Assembly (NCBI RefSeq): GCF_000143415.4
Contig: NW_003314301.1
Location: 1,480,981 to 1,544,980, forward strand
Source of the DNA: Selaginella moellendorffii
Taxonomy: Eukaryota; Plantae; Lycopodiophyta
Direction: 5' to 3'
Length of the DNA: 64,000 bases
The position numbers and the translations under genes were made by a program. The stretch's first letter is position 1, and each line of letters opens with the position of its first letter. Positions 12,688-22,728 of the stretch are shown here, piece by piece. Under the pieces are notes generated by a model, which was not told where the DNA came from, made no database searches, and saw only the letters and a list, made by a program, of their open reading frames with translations.

Positions 12688-14348
12688 TTACTTTTGTTTA
12701 AGAGCGAAGTGTTTTGAGGATTCCACATGCTTGAACAGCAGATTCCTGCAAAACAATAAGAAATAAGCAAATCATCACTTTGAAAAGCAAGGATTAAAAA
12801 AAGTTAAGCTATATACCTGGAATCGAAGTCTCTGCCACAAACTTCGCAGGTACTCGAGGGGACTGCTGCTGCTGCCTTGCTCTTCCCGGACTTCCTCACC
12901 TCCTTCTGTTCTACTGGTTTCTTTCCTTTCTCCTTTCTCCTGTTCTTTTTCTTGGTCGACTTTGCTTCCTCTTGAGTTTCTCCGGTGTTGAGCTCCTCCA
13001 TGAGATTTGCCACGTCTTCTTCTTCCGCATTAGCCTCGGACTCGGCTTCTTTTCCCGACGTAGCTTTTCTCTTTGACCATTCATCCTTGTCCTCAACTGG
13101 CACCTCATCGACCACAATCGAGTCCGATTCATCAGACTCCATTGCTCGATCCGTGTTACCCCTGTTCCGGTGTGAATTCAGCATCGCCTCGAGTATGCTC
13201 GACTCTTCGTCATCGTCGGCATTGCTCTCGCTGCTCGTGTCTGCTCCAGGACTTTGAGGTGGCGTCTCGGCTTCGATAACTTCCACAACCTTCGGTTCTG
13301 GAACCACGGGCTCGTCATGGTCCTCTTCTTCATCGACCGACTGAGCCTTGGCACGGACCTTCTCATCCTCCTCCAGCAGCGTCTCCTTCAAAGCCGACGC
13401 CCTCTCGATATGCTTCTTCGACTTCTCGTGGTTGTGCCACTGCTTCTCCGACTTAAAGTTCTTCTCGCACAGGATACAATAAAACTCCTGCCGCTCCCCA
13501 CCCCGGCCCGCCTTCTGGTTCTCCTCCCACACGGAGTAATCCTCCTCCACCTTAGACCACTCTTGCTCCTCGTAGCTCTCCACTTTCTTCAACTTCTCCA
13601 CCTCTTGCTGCTGGCGCCGGAGCTTCTTCTCCTTCTCCTTCTCCTCCGCCAATCTAAGCGCCTCAAGCTTCCACTCCATCACCCTCTTGTCCCTCTTCTT
13701 CACAAACGCAGCCAGCTGCCTCACCGCATCGTTAAACTCCCGCTGCTCCCTCTTCCGGATCTTCCTGTTCTCCTCCTCCATCAACCTTCTAACTTTCCTG
13801 TTTGGAGCCTCGGAGACGTCATACTCGTCGCACCAAGCGTAGTCCTTCACCGTCTTAAACCCCGACCAAAAACTATAGAAGGCCGAGACTTCGCTATGGC
13901 TGCTAGTCGGTCCACCAAAAGGAGGAGCTTCCCTCACACTGCCGGATCCAAACTTGCGATCAAACACCTGCTCCTGGACGGAAATCTTCCCAAACACTTC
14001 GCTGTAGACCGCATAGAATCCATTCCGGGAGTCGCCATAGCCGGAGAAGGCCGAGGGCGAGAAATACGACCAGAGGTTGAATTCAAACTCGGAGAGCTCA
14101 TCGCCGCTAGACAGGATCTCCGACCTGTGAGAATCGTACCATTTGCGCTCCAGCGGATCGCCGAGAACCTCCCACGCGCTGGAAATCGCCTGGAATCGCT
14201 CCGTCGCCTCGCCAGCTGAAATCCCGCTCTGCTGGATCTTGTCCGGGTGCCATCGCAGCGCCTCGCGGCGGTACGCTGACCGGATCTCCTCGGCGCTCGC
14301 GCTGCGCTCCACGCCCAGCACCTCGTAGAGGCACTGCTTGCGCTCCAT
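12688..14348 (-). CDS. JJJ1: DnaJ protein JJJ1/DNAJC21 homolog (J domain + two C2H2 zinc fingers), 2 exons
   Basis: J domain with WHPDK; APNRKVRRLMEEEN..R..REFNDAVRQLAAFVKKRDKR; zinc finger YCILCEKNFKSEKQWHNHEKSKKH; second finger CEVCGRDFDSR|NLLFKHVESSKH completed by a GT-AG intron (~12816-12746); stop TAA at 12688-12690. Confidence 0.93.
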
Positions 14349-14361
14349 GGGCGCGGGCTAG

Positions 14362-14379
14362 AACCCTAACCCTAAACCC
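14362..14379 (-). promoter_or_regulatory. Telo-box-like (AAACCCTA/TAGGGTTT) cluster at the JJJ1 5' end; similar boxes at ~22513, ~28120, ~30051, ~31472/31505, ~50030
   Basis: aaccctaaccctaaaccc just upstream of the ATG; telo-boxes are known near start sites of plant housekeeping/translation genes. Confidence 0.55.
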
Positions 14380-14666
14380 AGAGCTAAAAACTAGCCCTAC
14401 TTTTAGCCCTTCCTTTAAAATCTTTAACCCTTTAAAACACTTAAAATTTGCTCGATCCAACGGCCAGGAAGAGAGCCCAGGAGAAACAGAGGAACTCTCT
14501 TTTACTGGCAGTGGTAGCCTCACTTTTAGCCTTCCAGGAATTGGAGAAGCTGGAGAAAAAACACCATGGAACGAACCATCAGATGAGAGAAAGAAAAAAA
14601 AATCCATCTCAATGAAGGAGACGAGAAGAAAAAAGAAAGAAAAAGAGAGAAGCGGAAGAGCTCGGC

Positions 14667-17600
14667 TCAGTCCCCAAGATGCTTACGCTCATCCTGAGGA
14701 GGACTAGACATACCTTTCGGCGTCTCGGGATTCTCTCCCGCATCTCCGGATGCTTCACGCGTCTCCAGATCTTCTCTGGAGATATCCTCGGCCTCTAGCA
14801 GAGTTTTGCCGCTGTCTTCCGCTTCATCCCTGTGCTCGTGAGCGGTGACTTCTTTAACACCGGATTGTTCGTCTCTAGCTTTCAGTTGTATCCTGTTCTC
14901 GCGAGGCTCCACCGTCGACACTTTCGCTTCCAAGTCTTCCACAAGTTCCAAAGCCTCGTCTCTAGCTTCCAGTTTCTCGCGAGGCTCCATCGGCGACTCT
15001 TTCGCTTCCAAGTCTACCACAGGTTCCAAAGCCTCGGCCAGTTCTATCCTGTTCTCGCGAGGCTCCACCGTTGACTCTTTCGCTTCCAAGTCTTCCACAG
15101 CTTCGTCTCTAGCTTCCAGTTCTATCCTGTTCTCGCGAGGCTCCACGGTCGACTCTTTCGCTTCCAAAGCCTCGTCGCCAGCTTCCAGTTCTATCCTGTT
15201 CTCGCGAGGCTCCACAGTCGACTCTTTAGCTTCCAAGTCTTCCACAGGCTCCAAAGCCTGGTCTCTAGCTTCTAGTTCTAGCCTCGCGATCACTTCTGTC
15301 GCTTCGACTTCACATTTCCTGTGTTCCAGAGACTCCAGAACTCCGTCGAGTTGGCAAGAATTGGTTCTACCTTCCAATTGCTCCACGGCTTCCAGTGGCG
15401 TCATATCTTTTCCTTCTGTCCAGTCATCCTCGGCTTTTGCTAAAGTTTCTTCCACCTCAGAGACCACGCCTGTAGCTTCTTGTTCGATTTGTCGACGCAA
15501 GTTCTCCTCCTCGTGCGCTTCGGAAACTTTCTGTAAAGTCTCGGCATCTTCCCCCACGTCGCCCTGTACTCCATCTTCATCTCCGTCGCTGCCACTGCTC
15601 GTTATGACGTTATAGTCGAGATGACGATCGTCTGAGCCTGGATTGTCCCTTCCTCTTTCCTCTATGTTAGTTACGTTCTTCCTGTCGTCCGCTACCTCTA
15701 GGCCTATAACTATATCGTTTGTCTTCTTCTCCCAAGAAAAATCCCCACCACCATTAATATCTGTCACCACCTTTAACGCTTCACCAGCTTCTTGTGATGC
15801 GGCAGTCTCTCCTCGAGTGTGTCTACCGTCTACCACACTCGGGTCGTCTCCTGTGCCATATTCTACACCACTTTCCTCTCGCTTCGCGGTTTCTGAAAAA
15901 TCGTGGCTTGGATGGGCCTCTTCTTCGGATTGTAATAGAGAAACACATTCGAGCGGAAGTAAAAACGATCCCACCAGGGACTTCCGCAATCGATTTTCCT
16001 CTTCGGGTTTCCTGTAAAGCTTGAGAGCGTCCTGAAATGGTTGGCTCCATCAGTTTGAAAGGGCAGATATCCTGGTAGAGCGTACCATACCTCAAACGGA
16101 CTTGAGAGAAAAGGAGGCTCGGATAAACCATGGCCATCAACTTCTCGGAGCAAATCCTCTCCTTCGGGATCAGCCTGAAAACATCAAAAGCTTTAACAAA
16201 AAGAACAATTTAGTGTCAATAAACCGCACTCTTACCTCTAAAACAAAATCATCGTCCAAGTCTGAGGCCATAGCAGGTTCATCAGCTTCTAGCTCCACAT
16301 CTGGAGCTTCAATTTTCTCGTCCGTCATAAACTTCAAGTACTCCTCGTAAGCTTCAGGCCCCGCGAGCTCCTTCGAGACGCTCAGTCTGGACATAAGTTG
16401 CCTCATATCTTCGGTGAATCTTGCGTCTTTCAAGGAAAAGTTCTTGCCACCAGTTGGCTCTTCATACTTGTTTTCCGGAGATGCCTGCAAAGCGTGCTCG
16501 TCCAGAGGAGCTTGATCCTTGGGTTCTCGAAAGTGCTCCATAGTAGCAGCATTGTACCAGGGGTGTGAATATCCATCTTCTCCAACGAAACTTGCCGGAT
16601 CTCGCATGAATCTACTAGGATGACAATAGATCGATCCTCTCGAGCCATAGATCGAAGCTGGAAAATGCTCCAAAAATCCGCCGACACCATAATGGGGTGC
16701 AAACGGCGGAAAAAAACCGTTTTTCCAGTTCCAAGGCTCCTCCGCGCCATCTCTTCTTCGATAGGAACCACCTCGCCTTGAATAATCGTCAGGACGACCC
16801 GAGGACGAAGGCCCCCTGCGAGACCTCTCATCTGAGGAACGCTTGTAGTCCTCGTCTCTGTAATCCCTGTAATGATGAGAACGCTCGTCGCGCTCATACT
16901 TGTAGTATCTTTGCCGCCTCCTATAGTCGTCTTCATTAGAACGATCTCTGCTGCGGCTTCGTTCTCTATAATCTGACTCATGCTTACGCTTGTCCTTTCG
17001 CGAACTATAATCATCTCCTGGCGACCTCCGTTCGCTATCCTTGGTCCTGCTCTCTTCTCTTGACGATACTCTGCTGCGTTCACTCTGAGTGTCCTTGCGT
17101 TCTCTCTCGCCATCCCTGTCCTTGCGTTCTCTCTCGCCATCCCTGTCCTTGCGTTCTCTCTCGCCATCCCTGTCCTTGCGTTCTCTCTCGCCATTCCTGT
17201 CCTTGCGTTCTCTCTCGCCATCCCTATCCTTGCGTTCTCTCTCGCCATCCCTGTCCTTGCGTTCTCTCTCGCCATCGCTCCTCGGCTTCAACTTATCTTT
17301 GTCCTGCTTCTCTTCATGTCGCTCTCCACCGTTTACTCTTCGTTCTTCTTCGTGCGCTCGGTGAGACCTCTCATCCTTGCTGGACTTGACCTCGTGGTTT
17401 CGCTCCCTGTTGCTTCTACGTTCTTGATCATCGTCACGACTTCTGTGTTTGGATTCCTTGTGATGGCCATCCTCTTCCTTGGATGGCCTCGTTTGATCTT
17501 CATTGTCCCTGGACTTCTTTCGACTGTCTTTGCTTTGGTCCGGGTCTGTGTGTTTAACGTCACTGTGGCTTCTCTTAGACCGCTCATCCTTGTGTTCTCG

Positions 17601-18185
17601 ATGCTTTGCACCTCTATCTCTGTCTTTCCGGTCGTCACCATCGCGTTCTCTGTCTCTCTCCGGTTCGTCCCTATGATCTCGAGAGTAATGGCGTTCTTCG
17701 TCCTCGGCGTTGTAACAGTATCTATCACTCTCCAAGTCCGTGAAATTCCTGTCTCCATCTCTGTCAGCCACGCTATGCTTTTTCTCCTTGGACTTTTTGT
17801 GCCGAGGCCCAGAATCGCTACTTCGACCATGATCAGACTTACGGTCCTTTTTCTCGCAGGACACCAGAACTTTCTCAGGAGCACTTACCACAACCCCTTC
17901 ATTCTCACCAGACCTCGTCTTCTTGGTAGAATGGCTCGAGTGTTGAGCAGCAGCGACATCAGAGCTATGCTTCCTCTTGTGAGAACTGTGGCCACGCTTG
18001 GCCTCGTCCCTCTCTTTCTCCTTCTCGCCACTGTCCCTGCGCTTGCTGCTACTAGATTTCCTTCTCGCTACAGTACCCGAGCCCACAGAGTCGTCTTCCT
18101 CTCCCTCCTGCTCCTCTTCCAGCTCCTCTTCCGCGTCCCTTCTGTGGCGGTGCGAGCGATGGCGGGCCTTGCCGGACGGCGCCAT
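14667..18185 (-). CDS. Large R/D/E/S-rich nuclear protein resembling Arabidopsis At5g53440 (HIZ2, proposed ZC3H13-like m6A-writer associate); 3 exons
   Basis: ORFs 16170..18185 and 14667..15989 can be joined by GT-AG introns (~16234-16175 and ~16090-16033) via exon ADPEGEDLL...SPFE|DALKLYRK. N-terminal RHRSHRHR, WKNGFFPP..FP..IYG.R and LMSRLSVSKELAGPEAY recall conserved blocks of that family (from memory, not searched). Confidence 0.6.
14868..15275 (-). repeat. Coding tandem repeat, ~60-85 bp units (EAKESTVEPRENRIELEARDEALE..)
   Basis: About 5-6 copies of ttctatcctgttctcgcgaggctccac..gactctttcgcttccaa. Confidence 0.9.
17090..17277 (-). repeat. Coding 27-bp tandem repeat x~7 (GERERKDRD)
   Basis: Unit ctgtccttgcgttctctctcgccatcc repeated almost perfectly. 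Confidence 0.95.
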
Positions 18186-18721
18186 AGCTCGAGAGACTCT
18201 ACCCTAGGAGAATGCAAGCAGCGGGAGGCAGTGGCGCCTGGAGATCCAAGGCGCTCGAGCTAGACGATACCTGGCGATGATCATCGCGGCGCTGGGCTGC
18301 GCGTCGGCGCGGCGCAGCGGTCGTCCTCTAAGCGCAGACTTAGGTTTGGAGCAAAATATTTTTTCCGGGAGAGGAATATACACGCGAATATTTTCGTTAG
18401 GGATATAGTCGGTGGCGCGACCGGCGGCTGGGGTGGGCGCCACGCTTGTGAGTCTCCGCCGGCCGACGGGCGACGGCTCCTTCCGGTCTCCGCCCGTCCA
18501 TTCGAAAACGACAGCACAAAGACACCGGCATTGCCGTCGGATGGGGACATCCAACGGCCACGATCGCCCCCTCGATGGAGTGGCTACTCTACCACCGAGA
18601 ATCAAATGTGTGCAAACACCACACCACACCTCTCCCATCCCACTTCCTCCCAAAGAGAGAAAAAAACTCTTTTTTTTTTCTCTCTTTCTCCTCCATCGCT
18701 CCTCCATCGCGCACCGATGCG

Positions 18722-18784
18722 ATGCGTCGTCTCCATGGTCTGATTAAAACCCATCCCTTCCGTCACTCGAGAGCACCGCTGTAG
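18722..18784 (+). promoter_or_regulatory. Candidate upstream ORF (MRRLHGLIKTHPFRHSRAPL) in the trihelix 5' leader
   Basis: ATG 18722 to TAG 18782-18784, downstream of a CT-rich tract and 116 bp before the main ATG at 18901. Confidence 0.35.
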
Positions 18785-18900
18785 CATCACTGACTGCTTC
18801 CCATGATCGCAGTGAAGATTCTCCCTGTAGCAGCGACGAGCAATCCGTCAAGGTCGGAGTTTTCGTGAGAGCACTGGATCCATACCCCAATTCGCCGAGC

Positions 18901-20184
18901 ATGGAGCAGCAGCCTGATCTTCCAGCGACCACCAGAGAGATCGACCCAGCAGCGACGACGACGACGACGACGACGATGGCGATCTCATCACCGCCACTTC
19001 CACCACCATCGCTAGCAGCCCCGGGAAGAAGCCCATCACTGGCAGCCACCACCAAGGTGAGCAACTGCAAGGAAAACGATGAGCCGAGTGTTAGAAAGGA
19101 CAGGGAGGAGTGGAGCGAGGCGGCCATATCGACGCTCATAGATGCTTACACTGCCAAGTATGGCCAATTGAACGGCAAGGGGCTGCGGAGCAAGGACTGG
19201 GCCGAGGTCGTGGACACAGTCAACAGCAACCAAAAGTCGGCTAAGACGGTGGAGCATTGCCGGAACAAAATGGACACGCTTACCAAGCGCTACAAGTCGG
19301 AGAAGAAGAACAAGCTGTCCGGAGCCGAGAGCTCCTGGCCGTGGTATGACAAGATGGAGATCATACGGGGCTGCTCTCCGGGAAAATCTGTCACTGCTGC
19401 CGCCGCTGCTGCTGCTGCTGCTGCGGCCGCTGCCGCCGCTGCTGCCTCGGCAAGTAACAGCAACATCAGCAAAGCTTTTGTGGGAGTTATTCCTCCTGGA
19501 AAGGAGAGGATTAGAAACAAGAGAGGGAAGAAAGTAGTCCTGAGCAACAGCGAAGACGCGTCAGTCCAGAGCCAGAGCGAGAAAAACAAGGAAGGTACTT
19601 ACCCGCCAGTAAAGCCAGTGGTCGTAGTAGCACCATCGCCAGGAGGAGGAGGAATACCAGCACCAGCAGCTCCGCCACCACCACCACCGAGTTTAAGCTT
19701 TAGCAAAGTTGATGGACCCGGTTTCAAGCCTGAAATACCGACTGCCCCGTATGCCAGGATGGATTCATCCACTGCTCACCCAAACTTTCACATCCCGGCA
19801 GCCATTCCTGCTTGGCATAACTCTCCAGGAGCGGCACCACCACCACCACCACCAGCGGTAACATTTCCTCAAGTAGCAGCAGCGGCGGCGGCGGCGGCGG
19901 CAGCAGCTGCTAGAGAACAGCAAGCCACTGGTAACAGCTTGGACGGAGGAATAAGCACTGACCACCTCTCGAGAAGTATTCTGGAGCTAGCAGGAAGCAT
20001 GAGGAGCTCGGCGGGGAACTTAGCCAGCAGCATAAACGGGTTCACGGAAGTGTACGCCAGAATCGAGATTGCCAAGATGGAAATGCTGAAGGAGCTGGAG
20101 CTGAAACGGATGCAAGTACAGCTTGAGACTGCCGAGATTCTTAGCCGCAAGAGGAAGCGGGACAGTTCTTCCGATCCTGAGTGA
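18901..20184 (+). CDS. Trihelix transcription factor (Myb/SANT-like, SIP1/ASIL-type), intronless
   Basis: EEWSEAAISTLIDAY...LRSKDWAEV..V...KTVEHCRNKMDTLTKRYKSEK...SSWPWYDKME; C-terminal coiled coil FTEVYARIEIAKMEMLKELELKRM; poly-Ala/Pro tracts. Confidence 0.92.
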   Translation: MEQQPDLPATTREIDPAATTTTTTTMAISSPPLPPPSLAAPGRSPSLAATTKVSNCKENDEPSVRKDREEWSEAAISTLIDAYTAKYGQLNGKGLRSKDWAEVVDTVNSNQKSAKTVEHCRNKMDTLTKRYKSEKKNKLSGAESSWPWYDKMEIIRGCSPGKSVTAAAAAAAAAAAAAAAAASASNSNISKAFVGVIPPGKERIRNKRGKKVVLSNSEDASVQSQSEKNKEGTYPPVKPVVVVAPSPGGGGIPAPAAPPPPPPSLSFSKVDGPGFKPEIPTAPYARMDSSTAHPNFHIPAAIPAWHNSPGAAPPPPPPAVTFPQVAAAAAAAAAAAAREQQATGNSLDGGISTDHLSRSILELAGSMRSSAGNLASSINGFTEVYARIEIAKMEMLKELELKRMQVQLETAEILSRKRKRDSSSDPE

Positions 20185-20353
20185 TAGTATGTATATGTAA
20201 GAAAGATATATAGGCTGCCGCTGTGAGTTTTTGTAATGAAATTTTCCTCACAGGAAATAAAAAAACGAGTGATCTGTTTCGATTTTCAAGACGTTCAAGT
20301 ACCTGGCGGACGAGCAATCTCTCATCAAATTATACCAAAAAACCTTTCTCGAT

Positions 20354-22512
20354 TTAAGGTGCCATCTTGGCGACAATCTCTCTCATCACTGACTTTGGAG
20401 CTGCACAACATGATTCAGTGGATCAACTCAAGTACGAAACAAACTGGAAAGAAGAAAACTACCTGGCTGGCCGGTAAAAAGTTCAAACTGCCCAATTGCT
20501 TGTCGTATAAACATTTCCAAGCCGCTTACGACGACTGCACCGGATTCTTTAGCTTCTCGCAGCAGCCTGGTCTCAAGAGGCGTGTAAACCGCATCAAAAA
20601 CCACACTATATCCTTTGAGAGCGGCCTGATCAGGAGAAGAGAGGTAAGCACGCGATGAAAGAATCTAGTCTGGCCATGCCTTTGGTATCGGAGTGTCTTG
20701 AACGTTTGGCTGCATACCAACCGAGGTCGAATTCGCTAGTATCATGCCAGTTTCCGGCTGAAAACTGCTCAATGTTTCCAATGAAATGGCTTCTGCTCCA
20801 ACTGATTCAGCAAGCACCTTTGCCCTCTCTTATCATGCACAGACAAAAACGAAGTCAGCAAGCAGGAGTTCCACGACGAAATTAATAAAGTACCAAAATT
20901 CCGATTCGCAATCACAACTCTGGCCCCTCTGTGCTTCGCTCCAAAAGCAAGAGCCTTCCCAGCACCCCCGGCTCCGATAACTACGCAAAGCTTGCCAGAA
21001 AGCGGCTGGCTACCGTGGTATCCACTTTCTTCCCTTTCCAATCAACAAGGCAGGAGAAGACAATCAGAACCGCGCCATCAAACTCAAAATTCAACAATAC
21101 CTCGAACACCGTCTTCTATAGCAGAAATGGCAGCTTCACAGTCTGTGTTGTAGCCAACAAATTTTCCATCTGCCCTTCTAATGATTGTGTTGACTGCTCC
21201 AATGGCCTGCATGCTTTCAAATCAATATAAAAAAACACGAAGACTGAGTTTCGAACCTTTGCGGAAGATTCAACCTCATCACAGCATTTCAAAGCATCTT
21301 CCTTGAATGGGATCGTAACACTAGAAACAAAAAGATGAGAAGAAAAATAGATGGTCCGGGAATGTCAAGTACCTGAAGCCACCGAAATCTGGCGCGGAGT
21401 ACACCGACAAAAATTCAGCAAGGTTGTCCACCAAAAATGGAAGATAAACAGCATTGTATCCGATCGCTTCAAAAGCTGGATTGTGAAGATATGGACCTTT
21501 GCTGTGACCAACGGGGTTGCCTATGATTCCATAGACACGAGTATCACAGTCCATCTCACGCAGCCGATATGTTCGAACGAGATCAGTCAGCGTTGGCTGG
21601 CCAGGAGCCGATTCTTTGCCAGAAGAAAGCGTACCGAATGTCAAAAAGCCTCCAAACTTTGGTGACAGCAACCTGCTTATGAGACCCTTCTGTCCCATAA
21701 CGAGCGCAATCGTTGGGACCTTCAAAGAAAGCTAGCTTAACAAGCAGGATTTCTTTCGCTGGAACTTTGAAGACTTACCTGCGTATGAGCCAGCACCCGA
21801 AACACATTCGCGGAATCGACCACGTTGTTTGCAGTAGTGACAAACTTGATTATATCGGCACCAGTGGCTTGCATCCTTGCGACAAGACGTCCAATCTCCT
21901 CGGAGGAAGGAGTGGTGTGATAGTTGTGGTTGGAGACTATAATTCTGGTGCTGGACGAGCTCCGCTTGGAACTTTGGCTGGCTATGAAATCCTCGGCCAC
22001 CTGGAAGAACAAAAAACTATCTTAGAAACATTCTACGTTGTTACAAAAGAGAAGAACAAACAACTCTCTTCTACGTTAGAAGCTTAAAATCACCTGGAGC
22101 TCGACGTCGATGAAATCGGCTTGTAGCTCGATTGCGAGGCTCAATGCAGCCACTCGCGCAGCCTCGTCGCCTTCGTACAAACCTCCTTCCCAATTCGGCC
22201 TGTAGATCTGAGAGCATTCGTGATTTCCACAGGAAAATATAAATTCTCTCACCTATAGGTGATAATCACCGGCAAGACCCTGCCCTCGATCAATCGCGGC
22301 AAATCCACCCCTGGCTGGAAGCTGTTGATGTAATCCACTCGCAATTCCACCACATCGGCCCCGGATGCCTTCGCAGCCTTGATCTGATGCAGCATTTCTT
22401 CCACGGACTCGGCGACGAGCGGCGCGCAGAGCATCGTCCCATTTTGTGGAGGCGACATCGCTAGATCAGAGATCCTCGCCGTCGCCAATCCTCCTCCAGA
22501 CAGATAATCCAT
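20354..22512 (-). CDS. DHQ-SDH: Bifunctional 3-dehydroquinate dehydratase / shikimate dehydrogenase, multi-exon
   Basis: LCAPLVA..GADVVELRVD; IIVSNHNY..TPS; MGQKGLISR..PKFGGFLTFG..SAPGQP; GIIGNPVGHSKGP; SVTIPFKE; GAGGAGKALAFGA; VFDAVYTP; final exon APKSVMREIVAKMAP* with stop at 20354-20356. Confidence 0.95.
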
Positions 22513-22728
22513 AAACCCTAAGAGGACGGACTTAGAGCCGCCATTTCGCTACTCTGGTCAAGAACAAAGAATGTGTTTGTTAGCTCTTTCGATTGGAATT
22601 CTCAAAGCAAACATACCTCTTTCTCCTCGTCCTAGAAACGATTGTTTCCAAAACTTACAAAGAAGATGAGAGCTTCCAACTTACAGAATGGAAAAATACT
22701 TACACCAAAGTCGAAGATAGCGTTCTCT

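Noticed and set aside
13254-14219. 321-aa Leu-rich plus-strand ORF (also 17316..18263+ and 14845..15615+)
   Set aside because: Antisense shadows of E/K/R-rich real genes.
19396-19446. GCN triplet poly-Ala tracts
   Set aside because: Ordinary low-complexity tracts of a transcription factor.
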